From Basidiobolus meristosporus CBS 931.73 (Eukaryota > Fungi > Basidiobolomycota), in assembly GCA_002104905.1 (NCBI GenBank), contig MCFE01000090.1:1-64000 (forward strand): 64,000 nt of DNA. Reading direction: 5' to 3'. Within the stretch, counting starts at the first letter, position 1; each line of letters begins with the position of its first letter. The notes beneath the pieces were generated by a model. That model was not told the DNA's origin. It saw only the letters and a list, made by a program, of their open reading frames with translations, and did not search any database. This document shows, in pieces, positions 1 through 12,100 of the stretch. A program made the position numbers and the translations under genes.

Positions 1-79
1 CCGACATTCTAATCGGTCTAACTACTTCGCGAAGAAGTGGGTCTACATAATGGATCAATCCAGAATGTACGATCCACTA

Positions 80-1440
80 ATTCCTCATCTACCACTTTTT
101 GCCACTAAGAGACACACATATGGGGAATTGGTGGAGTAAAAATATCAAAAGCTGCCTATATTGAACTCTCAGTTTCTGGGACTGGAATACTACCACTGCA
201 TTATGCGTTATTGCAGTAGAAGAAGAGAACATTTTTGTTTCAAGGCACATGATACGAATAGTGCTGAACACCGGCAACTGGAAAGCACATTGTGGATATT
301 TCTAACCAATACTCACTGACCAAATTCAGAGTCGATGGGTTGTCGGAACCTATTACTACACTCAGGGAACATTGAAACCATTGATCATGGGGTAATCAAC
401 CCTTTCGTAATTGTCAAGTATGACTGAAAGAACTGTACAGCCACCATTCATTAGCCAATCCTCGTTCGATCTAGATCCAAGTTGCTCTGAACCATATCTG
501 TACTTTATTAGCCAGCTAATGAAATACCCGTTCAGTCAGCTGTGCCAAATAAAGCAAAGTGATGAATCAGTCATGCCAAATGAAGCTAACCCCATTGCCT
601 GTCTTGAAGGTCACATAGGTTTTGACATAAGGGCCTCCGTTGTAATTGTAGTTGCTGGTGTACACCTCACCATCAGATTCAATCCTCTCAACCACTGCAA
701 CATGGCCATCACTGCCGACACCTTGATTCCCAGGCTGGATGACAATGATGGAGGGGGCTTTGGGCTGACTCGAAACTGCCCAGCCAGCAGTGTTTCTGGC
801 GGAGGAGGTCCAGGTTAGTGCATCACCCGACCATGCTACGATGATGGCCTGTCAGCTGTGCGTAGCGAGCATCGGCCCAGTCAGTGCACTGCCCATTGTT
901 GAACCGGAATTGCAGTGTACCCTTGGAGGAGGTAGTGCTCTGGCTATTGCTACCGCTACTACTGCTTCCATTGCTACCTGAGCTACCGATACCAGAGCTA
1001 TTCTCGTCCCCATTGCTCTTGCTATTTCCGTTTCCATTGCTGTAACTTTTGCTGCCGTATTGTAGTCTTTCCCATTACCATAGTTATTCGTACCACTCCC
1101 ATGCGAGTATTTGTCCTTCTTCATGAGTGTGTGAGCTTTAGCTGCATTGACAGCTGCTGCAAAATCAGGACTAGGTCGACTAACGTCGTGCAATGGCAGG
1201 GTATCCACCACAGTCGCAGTGAGGCAGAGCGCGAGAACCAGCAGGCAAAGGAATGAGTTCATTTTTGGAGTGTACTTATCCAGAAGTAGTAGTTGATGAT
1301 ATCCAACAACCAAAGTGCACGTATTTATACTGTGTTCTGGGGAAGGGATGCTGAGACCACCTTCATTACTCTCCTCTTTGCATATAGCCATATAGGCAGC
1401 AAGGACTCGTTCCATAGAGTCGGGAATGAAGAGCAATCAG
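80..1440. repeat. Diverged direct segmental duplication of about 5450-6870 (CHAP subtype 1 unit with both flanks)
   Basis: Flanks align (e.g. CATCTACCACTTTT near 85 and 5455; CCATAGAGT.GGGAATGAA.AGCAATCA near 1415-1440 and 6845-6870); 411-818 is near-identical to 5846-6244. Boundaries approximate. Confidence 0.85.
567..1262 (-). pseudogene. Secreted CHAP-domain protein, subtype 1, copy A (two 1-bp frameshifts: pseudogene or assembly indels)
   Basis: ATG at 1262 (MNSFLCLLVLALCLTATVV, signal peptide). Aligns to copy B through a G/N/S-rich linker and the CHAP core (FNNGQCTDWADARY...GHVAMVE...TSNYNY...SFIWHD, TGA at 567-569). Versus B there is a -1 at about 1058 (GACTACAAT-ACGGC) and a +1 at about 841 (CATCATCGTAGC vs CATCACGTAGC); the shifted frame stops at 852. 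Confidence 0.8.
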
Positions 1441-2520
1441 TATACACGGGCAAGAGTTCAGTGTTGGCGTGTTATATGATGAAAATAGATTTTCACCATA
1501 TCATACTCAGCTCATGTCTCGTCTCTCAATAATCTCTCATCAGGCATATAGGGCATCTGAGTAAACAATGTTCCAGTGTAATCATATCATTTCTGTTAGC
1601 AGTCTACTCAGGCGTCACACACCCCACATTCAATATAAGTTTCCTGATCCTTACCCCTATCCCCAACCATCACATTAGAACTGCTCTTCTAATCAATACT
1701 CCCATTTTTGGTTCCACCACTTCCACTCAACCCTGTTCTTAGTGATGCATCTTGCATTCGTTGAATCTAACTCTTATACCAATACGGCTTTTTATTTTCA
1801 GATTTCGGCGTTTGGAGATTGCTACATAAATTGACCAGCTACCCTTAGGGCCCGATTTTAATTGCCCGATATACGAATGTATTTGAATGAAGTGAGTAGC
1901 AGAGTCTTCAGAAGACCAAGATTGAAACATTACATCGGTCCCCCTAATCTACAGATTAATGATCTTTCGTTAGCAAAACCCGAGACTTTTGACTCTAAAA
2001 ATACGCTATTGGTAGATCTTTGAAGCCTGAATTTGAATTCACCATGTTGGTAGGGTCTCGACTTCAACTGATTACCGAGAAAAAAAATCACTTTTTAAAG
2101 TGCAACATATCCAGATATCGTGAGGTTCCCACAATGTTCCGTCAAGAAAAAGCACAATTAGTACTATAATCAAGAATATCAACGACTGTGGACTACTTGG
2201 AGCGATCCTGAATCGAAATCGGAAATACAAGCACGTGCCTTCCAAGCCTAATGTGGTAGTAAATTAGGAATAAGGACATTCTATAACTAGATGAATTTTC
2301 ATATATGGCAGGATCCTTGATACATGCTTCATTCTGAAAGGTAAGATACGAATCGACTGGATTAAAGGTTTGAGAAGTTTTCTACTCAGCTTAGACTCAA
2401 TGGTAGGAATCGAATCCCAAATGCCACTTGTTATGGATAGCCCCGTTAAATCCTGGCCCAGAATAGTAAGCAGACTGTGGCTTGTTGCTTGTTGGATTGA
2501 TCTTCCTCAGATCTCCTCAG

Positions 2521-2530
2521 CTATATATTA
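2521..2530 (+). promoter_or_regulatory. Putative TATA element of CHAP copy C (same motif near 4335 for copy D)
   Basis: CTATATATTA about 55-60 bp upstream of the ATG, conserved in both subtype-2 copies; AATAAA at about 3169-3180 downstream. Confidence 0.4.
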
Positions 2531-2582
2531 CGAGCTTCGTGACCATGGATTCAACACGTTCACAACAACTCAATAGTACAAT

Positions 2583-3128
2583 ATGGTCAAAATCTCTTCC
2601 TTTCTTTCGGGTGCTGTTGTCGCTGCCGTTGGCCTTCTAAGTCTGGCTGCCCAAGCGCTTCCCACCTCGACCACTCCAAGCACCACCTCAGGCTCATCAA
2701 ACGCTACCGAGACATCTGCATCACATGCTCAGCTCGCTGGTCTATCCGAGCTCTACAATGCATGCTCACTGCAATTCCGCTTCGATAACGGCCAATGCAC
2801 CGATTGGGCAGATGCTCGTTATTACCAGCTCACCTGTCACCACACTCAGTGGTGGGGGAATGCCAAGACGTGGCCGGCAAGCGCTGAAAACACCGAAGGC
2901 TGGGTTGTATCCAGCGAGCCACGAGTTCCTTCGATCATTGCCATCCAGCCTGGATATCAGGGTTGCGACTCCTATGGCCATGTCGCGGTCGTCGAGAGCA
3001 TCAACGACGACGGAAGTGTCTACACCAGCAACTGGAACTACGTTGAGAATGGACGCGGCGGTCCCTACATCACCACATATGTTAACTTCTGGCCTGGCGA
3101 AGGAGTGTCCTTCATCTGGTATGAATAG
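2583..3128 (+). CDS. Secreted CHAP-domain cysteine amidase/peptidase, subtype 2, copy C (intact, 181 aa)
   Basis: Signal peptide MVKISSFLSGAVVAAVGLLSLAAQA; S/T-rich linker with NAT sequon; catalytic Cys motif GQCTDWA; His motif YGHVAVVE; SNWNY; intronless. Confidence 0.9.
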   Translation: MVKISSFLSGAVVAAVGLLSLAAQALPTSTTPSTTSGSSNATETSASHAQLAGLSELYNACSLQFRFDNGQCTDWADARYYQLTCHHTQWWGNAKTWPASAENTEGWVVSSEPRVPSIIAIQPGYQGCDSYGHVAVVESINDDGSVYTSNWNYVENGRGGPYITTYVNFWPGEGVSFIWYE

Positions 3129-4394
3129 GAGAAGAGGTCCAGCTCAGACACCCAATAGAAAATACCCCAATAAATAAATAAGTGAAACATCGCTCTATCT
3201 CGTTTTCCAGTGTGACCTACCTTCTATGCGTTTATCACGTTTGACTGAAGTATCATAACAACGAGAAGTAGGATTGTTGCTCGGAGATGCATATAGCACC
3301 GGCTAGTCATAATGATTATTTGTGATTGTTACCAGATTTATATCAAGATAATTAACTCGGTCTTTGCATGTAGGAGACGAGTTATAGATATCTAATGTTT
3401 ACTTACTTTTAGCAGCAGGAATTCTGGAGTTTGCAACAAAGGTCCCTCTAGTCTTAACATGTACGAGTAAAAGATGTATACACTTTAGATGGTAAAGACG
3501 TAGTGCTTGTATTATGGTCTGATATTACGGGTTTACTATGTAACAATTGCAGTTTCATGGCTGCTTCAAATTATGTCTACCGTATGGGTCAACATACACA
3601 TTAGCCAGCAATGTAATGTAGTACATGGAATCACACTTGTTCCGAAACCGATACAAACATATGGTTCTAACATGGAGGATTCTATCAAAGCTTAATCAAC
3701 ACAAAACAATTGGCTAAAGATAATGATAAAACGAAAGTAACCGATCAAAAAAATCCGCCATCTCCGCATCTATTTTAGATGAAAGTCAATAATCTCAGGA
3801 TCTGATATTCCACGATCTACGTAGGCCTATATTGACAGAGTCTAGACTTGAATTCGATATTCCGTGTTCGCACTACGGTAGGCGGGGTCCTTGAATCTTC
3901 GAGAATTGGACACTCTACTAACAAGAAACCTTCCTGATCTTCTAAAACTAAAGCAAAAAACTGATTCTGCGCACTGAGATGATAGACTAATCCCTAATCG
4001 GAAATGTAGATCTAGGGGCGTGCCAAATCGACTTCTATGACCAAACATGGCAGTAGTCAAACTTCATCGAAGATTACTAAACCAATCTGTGACCAACTTG
4101 CGGTCTCCATATATGGTGAATAACTTGAAGTACAATTCGATCTGCAAAGGTAAGCAAGATCCAGATTGATTGGATTGGGGGTTTTGGAAATTTCTTACTG
4201 AGCTTTAACTCGATGGTAGGAATCGAATTCCAAATGCCACTTGTTATGGCTAGCCCAGTTAAATCCTAGCCTGGAATAGTGAGCGCGATGTGATCTGTTA
4301 TTCGTTGGATCGACCTTCCTCAGATCTCCTCAGCTATATATTACGAGCTTCGTGACATGGATTCAGCACGTTCACAACAACCCAATAGTACAAT

Positions 4395-4939
4395 ATGGTC
4401 AAAATCTCTTCCTTTCTTTCGGGCGCTGTTGTCGCTGCCGTTGGCCTTCTAAACCTGGCTGTCCAAGCGCTTCCCACCTCGACCACTCCAAGCACCACCT
4501 CAGGCTCATCAAACGCTACCGAGACATCTGCATCACATGCTCAGCTCGCTGGTCTATCCGAGCTCTACAATGCATGCTCACTGCAATTCCGCTTCGATAA
4601 CGGCCAATGCACCGATTGGGCAGATGCTCGTTATTACCAGCTCACCTGTCACCACACTCAGTGGTGGGGGAATGCCAAGACGTGGCCGGCAAGCGCTGAA
4701 AACACCGAAGGCTGGGTTGTATCCAGCGAGCCACGAGTTCCTTCGATCATTGCCATCCAGCCTGGATATCAGGGTTGCGACTCCTATGGCCACGTCGCGG
4801 TCGTCGAGAGCATCAACGACGACGGAAGTGTCTACACCAGCAACTGGAACTACGTTGAGAATGGACGCGGCGGTCCTACATCACCACATATGTTAACTTC
4901 TGGCCCGGCGAAGGAGTCTCCTTCATCTGGTATGAATAG
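4395..4939 (+). pseudogene. CHAP subtype 2, copy D (1-bp deletion near the C-terminus)
   Basis: Near-identical to copy C; GGTCCTAC at about 4872-4879 vs GGTCCCTAC in C shifts the last about 20 codons. The restored frame ends at TAG 4937-4939. The homopolymer context suggests a possible sequencing error. Confidence 0.8.
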
Positions 4940-5992
4940 GAGAAGAGGTCCAGCTCAGATACCCGATAGAAAATACCCCGATAAATAAACGATTGAAATA
5001 TCATTTCAGCTCGGTTTTCCAAGTTAACCTCTGCTGCATTTACTGGCTAACCCCAGTGGTATGTATGCATAGAATTTTGAGCAATACAGCTTATGAATTT
5101 TCATTTCAAGATGATACTCAAGGCCTTCTCTTTACACACGCATCCCTTGGATGCATGAAGTGAGAATATTTGCTCTGCTAGTGAGCCACATATCTATTTG
5201 TCCATAGGTTTTCCTCAATCGAGAGGGTTTGTGCGGCAGGTAAATTGATTAATTTGGTCGTAAGGAGCTTTCTTTTCAACATTTTCAATGTTGATGCATC
5301 CAGATTTCGATCACTGTAGTATTGCAATATTTTCTGCCTATCTAATGTCCACCCATTTGGAGCCCGGAATTTCGATCTGTCAAATGGCTTCGGAAAGTAA
5401 TGTATCCACTTTATAAATCAAGCCAAAATGTTAAGATCCATCAACACTCCATCTACCACTTTTCGGCATCAAGAGACACTCACGTGGGGAATTGGTGAAG
5501 TAAAAATATTTACAACTGCCAATATTGAACCGGCAGCCCTCGGTTTATGAGATTAGCATGCTACCACTGCATTATGCAATAAGCAGAAGGTGAAGTCACT
5601 TATATTTCAAGGGACACGATACGATTTATACTGAACATCATTAGCAGGAAAGCGGACAATAGGTATTGCTAACCACCACTTACTTGAATGAACCCTTTCC
5701 AAGCAACTTGGTGGCTTAGTCCCAGTTTAGTCTGGATCGTGGCTTTTGTGTTGTGTCGATGGTTTCTCCGAGCCCACTACCAGACACCTAGGGAATATTG
5801 AAACCATCCATCACGGGACAATCAGCATATACATAATTACCAAGCATGATTGAATCAACTGCACAATCACCATTCATTAGCCAATCTTCGTTCGATCTGG
5901 ATCCAGGTTGCTCTGAACCATATCTGTACTTTATTAGCCAGCTAATGAAATACCCGTTCAGTCAGCTGTGCCAAATAAAGCAAAGTGATGAA

Positions 5993-6713
5993 TCAGTCAT
6001 GCCAAATGAAGCTAACCCCATTGCCTGTCTTGAAGGTCACATAGGTTTTGACATAAGGGCCTCCGTTGTAATTGTAGTTGCTGGTGTACACCTCACCATC
6101 AGATTCAATCCTCTCAACCATTGCAACATGGCCATCACTGCCGACACCTTGATTCCCAGGCTGGATGACAATGACGGAGGGGACTTTGGGCTGACTCGAA
6201 ACCGTCCAGCCAGCAGCATTTCTGGCGGAGGAGGTCCAGGTTAGTGCATCACCCGACCATGCTACGTGATGGCCTGACAGCTGTGCGTAGCGAGCATCGG
6301 CCCAGTCAGTGCACTGCCCATTGTTGAATCGAAATTGCAGTGTACCCTTGGAGGAGACAGTGCTCTGGCTATTGCTGCCACTACTGCTGCTCCCATCGCT
6401 ACTTGAGCTTCCGGTACTGTAGCTATCACCGTTCCCATTGCTACTATTGTAATTCTTTCCATTGTTTTTGCTATTTCCGCTTCCAGCCCTGTTGCTTTTG
6501 CTGCCGTTGTTGTAGTCTTTCCCATTACCATAGTTATTCATACCACTCCCATGCGAGTATTTACCCTTCTTCAGGAGTGTGTGAGCCTCAATTGCACCAC
6601 CTGGCTCCTACGAGATCCGGACTAGATCGATTGACATCGTGCAGCGGTAGGTTACCCACCACAATCGCAGTGAGGCAGAGTGTGAGAACCAGCAGGCAAA
6701 GGAATGAGACCAT
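5993..6713 (-). pseudogene. CHAP subtype 1, copy B (1-bp insertion after the signal peptide; CHAP domain itself intact)
   Basis: ATG at 6713 (MVSFLCLLVLTLCLTAIVV); +1 base at about 6600 (GCC AGGT GGT vs GCT GTC AAT in A) gives TGA. Downstream ORF 5993-6541 has the G/N/S linker, GQCTDWADARY, GHVAMVE and TSNYNY. Confidence 0.8.
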
Positions 6714-7888
6714 TTTTGGAATGTACTTATTCAGAAGTAGTAGTTAATGATATCCAACAACCAAGGTGCATGTATGTATACTGCGTTGCGGGTGAGGGAT
6801 GTTGAGACCACATTCATTACTCTTCTCTTCGCATGTAGCCATCCATAGAGTTGGGAATGAACAGCAATCATCTAGCATACATGGCGGAGAGCGCAATCCA
6901 GTTCATGTCTCATTTCGCTGAAACATTATTCACTATTGCGAAATAATCAAGCGTCATTAACTCCACAATTATCAATCGGCATTGAGGCAACCCTAACCTA
7001 TATCTCCCAACTTGAACTTTGATGTTGGTCAAGCTGCAGAAGCCTCCCAGTCCTATATGCAGCCATAATTGCTAATTATTCACATCAGCTACAATATGTC
7101 TCTGAACTTCTATCATCCCCCACCCATGCCTCTTAGCCACTAGAATTTCGGAGATTTTGGACCATGATGGTTATATAAAGGGTTGTAGCACATTCATTGC
7201 ATAACAAAGCTCCTGTGTTTGCTCTGTGTAATCCCGAATAAAAGCATCTTGCCTACATTCTCTGGATGGCTCGATGATTTTCAGGAGTTACACGCAAACT
7301 GCTCAAGATCGAAGGCACATTTCAACGTTTAGGCATGTGCTTACAGAAAAGGCATGGATTATGAAAATGTAGCAACTGATCACCCGCCTTTTAGTGTAGC
7401 ACTTCGATATCATCATGCACCACTATGTATTTCGGTAGGTGCAAAGATATGCAAGTAGAATGTTATATACCAGCAGTATTTATAATAGGTGGTTTGTGGT
7501 TGTAGGTCAGTAACATTCCTTTCAAAGGTGAACCTGTCACTTCATCTTCATTTATGCCGCCTCTCAACTCTGATAAGCTCCCTCTCTTTGGGATAGCTCA
7601 TCATATGCATGCGTATTTGCTTTAATCTGACATCAAGTCCTTCACTCATCCAACCAAACTTGCCAAACTACCACACAGGGGCTCCTACCAAATTTGCGGT
7701 ACTCCTAAACGACGGATATATATATATATATTATGTCCATACATAGTTAAAGCCTGATTTCAAGGGATAATTAGCTTCGACATTATTCGACGATACTCTG
7801 GATCGAACGAAACCATCAAGTATAAAAAGCCCCCTCAGCCAAGTTTTCTTCGCATCAATCTCTCAGCAGTATTTAGTTGTCAGTCAAT

Positions 7889-8848
7889 ATGGGTCCTCCT
7901 GTGACTATTACCGCGCCGTTGCATTTGCTCTTTGAGTCGAACATCACCATGTCGCTCACAGCTATGTGTACGGTTGTATTTATCAACAACCTCTACCACT
8001 CGATACGGATGCTTCCCAACAATCAGAAATTAATCTACTACCTTTGCTTCATCCAGGCATTGTTTGGGGCATTCACCAACATCATCGCCGTGGTGTTCTT
8101 CTTTTACTTTGACCTTTTATGCGGCCCACGTATCTATCTTGCTGCTACACTGAATCTGTTTGCTACCACATGCATCGAAATCATTTTACTACTGAAGGCG
8201 TACTATGGCTCCGACAGATCAAAGATAATCTTTGGCATAGGTGCAGTGCTGCAGGTTGCCAGAGTAACAGTTGGTGCAGTCAACATAATTTACACGTCGT
8301 ACATGGTGACCGAACTGCATGGCGTGCGAAGGAAAAATCAACATGCTGACAGGCATGTTGGTGGTGATCTTTGAATTGGTCCTCAACGCCTACTTTTCCG
8401 TGCTATTTCTGAGCTCCATGTATCGTCAATGGAAGTTCGTCAAGACTCGGCTTTATGCAGCTTTACTCAAAGACGGTACCATCTATTCGTTTGCCACTGC
8501 CTTTACCAGCGTTGCGATGATTATTCTGGCCAGTGCAGGAGTCTTAGGCGACAACTCACCAATTCTGTTCAATGTCAGCTGTAAGTTGGATGTCTCATTT
8601 GGACTCCCGAAACCCATCTAATTGATTCATGTATAGGGGCCGTGGCATCCAAATTAATTGTGGAACAGCTAATTAATACTCACAAACTGAAACGCGATGG
8701 GGTCACCAACGACAAAATTACTACCAAGCGCACAAACAACACTGGAGCTACTTCTACGGAAAGAAGTGGCTCAACCAATCCAGAATTCTCCTTCTCGGAT
8801 GGGCAAAAGAAAGACGAGTTTACAATCAAAGTGGTCACAAGAGACTAA
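7889..8848 (+). CDS. Fungal 7-transmembrane GPCR-like protein (one intron 8581-8636; +1 frameshift near 8321)
   Basis: Seven hydrophobic segments across ORFs 7877-8374, 8319-8621 and 8642-8848; Cys at the start of TM3 (CGPR) and in ECL2 (ACEG); GTAAGT...TAG intron restores FNVSWAVASKLIVEQL; S/T-rich tail. Confidence 0.65.
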
Positions 8849-9174
8849 CTCAATAGTTGCAACTTGCCATAGATTTTCAATGTAATGCATGTCACTAATA
8901 TATATACGCAGAATCACCTGTCAATAAATTCAACGAAAGAAACCTGCCATGTGTACAGTGTATATATTTACTCGGTATGAGGGCTTCAAGAAATGGGCTC
9001 ATTTTTATAAAGTATTATGCTCCGGTATATATGGTATTAGAATGACTGCATAACAGAATTGAAATCGATATGTTGCACAAGTGAAGGGAGGGGAGGGGAT
9101 AGCTCTGGAATCTATCACCTGATTAGCAGGATTGTATGTATAGGTATATCTCGCATCTCGCATCTCGCATTGCT

Positions 9175-12100
9175 TCACATGTTCCCGAATGGTTTCCCTG
9201 CTCTCAACGGCCCTTTACCCATCTTCTCCTTACATGAATAATGCACAACCACACCGTTAGGAAATACGGCGAAAACGCTGTTCCCAATACGCTTCAAACA
9301 ATGTGGACACATCCGGTCCTCGGTGATTTTGACATATCTGGATCTGTAATGAACTAGCTTTTCCTGCACCTGGACACCTTCGGCCCTCAGCAGGCTGCTG
9401 ACGACATGGTTCATTCTTGAGTTTTTGTGAAGCTCCCGCAGGTATTTCTCGAAATATTTGTTCAAATTCTCCAGCTTTGTATCTTCGGGAAGCATGCTGA
9501 GTACTTCCGATACATCTATGGACGATCCGTAACTTGCTAAAAGTGCGATGGCTGGCTCGATCAGTGGGGAGTCTTCTGGGTTGGATGGCTTCAAGTAGAT
9601 CCTCAACAATGTAACAAATAACTCGGGTGTCCAGTGCTCTTTGCAATAGCTCTCTGCTTTGGCAAAGTCGCCCAACTTATGGACGTAGATGTTGAGTGCT
9701 TGCTCATGCAGCCCCATTCGGCTCAATAAGATTGCCCTCTCTTCATAGAAGCCATCTGTGGTCAGCTGCCCCAGGATTTTCTCGGCTTTGTAAAAGGTGG
9801 ACTCGGTCAGGAACTTGATTAGCTTCTGGCGAGTAGAGTTATGATCTAGATTGGGTCAGTTAAATGGACAAATCATGGGATGGCGTCTTCTTTGCTGTAC
9901 CTTCCGTGACGGGCTCGACGATTTGGTCGTTTTCCGCGTTCATGACATTGTTTAAATAAAGGATGATGAGGGTGTTGTGAAATTCCGGGTTGTTATCCTC
10001 AAGTTCATGGATGATATGCTCCAGATAAGGAATGCATAGATCGGGTGCGTAATGGTCGAGATGCTCGACTACTCTGGCTCTGGGCTGTGCAACGACCTCC
10101 GACATATCCTCAGTAAATATCTGAACAGAGGGTCATTAGAACAGGTTAAGTTTGAGTGAGCATGGGCTGCTTACGGAAAGCCCCAATTCTGGGTCGGTTT
10201 GTAGAACCCATGGCGAGAACTCCAGAACCAAATCGAAATCATCCACACCGAGCTTTTGGAGGTAGATAACAGTGGATGAGCAGCCAGATAACGGATTTCC
10301 CGAAGAGCGGCCCAACCTTAAATGAATGAGTCAGTCTGACGAGCCAGATGTGAGCGGGTCAAAAGAGGTGTTACTTAGTTAAGAGCTGGAGTGATTTTCT
10401 GTGCAGTCCTTTACCCCTGTAAAGGTCAACCAATTCCCTATATTTCTAAAAGACGGGAAATGATAAATATATGAGTCCCGGTGCGGATTGCCAACCATAT
10501 TACCTTATGCTGGAGCAGTAGGGTTTCGCTCTCCGCAACATTACAATGATTGCTAACTCTCAGCAACGGCCCAACCAATGCATCATTACTGTTAAGGTAC
10601 GCCTTCAGCAACGTGGTGTCGATCAACTGTGCAAGCAGGGGAAGGCTGATGGAGGATTTTGCGACAACGCTTTCAACGTTGGTGGACAGGGAAGACAAGG
10701 TAGCCGAGGATCCGACTCGTTTGATCGACTGCGTCTCGCCATTAGAACTCAACGTTTTTGACACTTTCCGTCTCCAGTCAGTCAAGAAGCCAACCAATGC
10801 CTCAATGGCATCTTTCAAATTGCCGCCCTCTAATAAACCATCTGGACTTAGAAACGAGAGCTTACTGTGGACTGACAAGATTGAGCGTACCAAGGGTTGA
10901 GCCTCCATCCTGCTCATCAGCTTTGCTCAGAGTACCCGCGATCACAGGAGGATACAATGAAATCACTTCCACTGGGTCAGCATCCAATTCTTGGAACATG
11001 CTTAGCGCCTGCTCATATCCACCGTTACGGAACAGGAAATGCGCGTAAAGGTTGCGAATGCGCGTTAGTTGGGCATTCTAAAGAACATAGAGTTAGGGCC
11101 GTTAGACGGGAAGCATCTCCGGGTGCGTCAATGACAGACCTTTTCTTCAGGGAGGATTTTTTCGATCTGATCCAACAAACTTAGAGCCTCCTCGAACTCA
11201 TTAACCTCGACCAGCTGGTCAATCTGACATAGAAAGTTCAGTAATAATCCGCAGAACAAGCCCGTCCACCTCTCCTACCTGCTTCATGAAATCCAGTGGG
11301 ATAAGTCGCCACACATGGTCAGAGCTTGCGATATAGATCACTTTACCCTGAGTCATCATTTGTGGGTTGGTAAGCTCAATGTTTTGAACTAGCCTTTGGG
11401 TTCCGATGTTCCGGATTTCTACGTGTTTCGACAGAATTGCGATGGCGTAAGGGAATGAATACCCTGGAGAATGAATAGGTGTTGGTCCAGGAAAGCAAAG
11501 TCTACGTCACGTCATGAAAGAGTACCAAGTTCTTCAGGAGCTGCCGACCAGCTGATGCCAGCTTTTCGAGTGGGTGTTCCATCGGGGCCGATGAAAATGC
11601 TCACATCTTTGGTGAAAAAGTTCCAATTAGACTGGAAACAACCGATTAAGCGAAACATCTGCTATTTACTATCTTTCTCCACTAAAAGCTCGTCGTTGGG
11701 TAACCGTACGATCAGGGGCTTTCCGGCATTCAAAATCATCCCCATAGCGCCGATTGCCATAGAGCCCAGCTCGCTCAAGCTGCTTCCCAGGCCGGAACCC
11801 TCACCGGCATTTGCAAACAATTCGGTTACTTTGCCACTCGGCAAATCCAAAATCGCATATCCTTTTGTGAAGGACGAGCACAACTTTGTACTCGAGGCCC
11901 AAGTGATTTTCCGGACTCTGTCTGGAATGTTGAATTCCTACGATATTGAAAGTTGTCTTTGATATGCTGACGGTTGGCCAATCGTTCGTATTGAACTACC
12001 TTGGTCTCCACTAGCTCCATATCTTGCCACGTGTATACTACCAACTTCTTCTTTACCGCCACGCATAAGCGTGTGACGATGGCAGGAATGCCCTCCTCAA

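Larger units (their letters stand above)
2333..3180. repeat. Direct duplication of about 4140-4990 (CHAP subtype 2 unit)
   Basis: Near-identical CDS plus about 250 bp of upstream sequence (e.g. CTCAGATCTCCTCAGCTATAT in both) and a shared AATAAA region. Confidence 0.9.

Noticed and set aside
852-1436. 194-aa ORF as a real protein starting at 1436
   Set aside because: Comparison with copy B places the start at 1262 and shows the second half is an off-frame reading of the CHAP gene.
567-6713. CHAP region as simple bacterial contamination
   Set aside because: Genes are isolated, with long non-coding gaps, TATA/AATAAA signals and no operon or RBS pattern, and are contiguous with spliced fungal genes. 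Disfavoured, though only reads can exclude a chimera.
8324-8352. Short GT-AG intron to explain the frame change in the 7TM gene
   Set aside because: Removing 29 nt (or the 47-, 54- or 57-nt alternatives) does not restore the frame; a single extra base does and keeps the ECL2 Cys.
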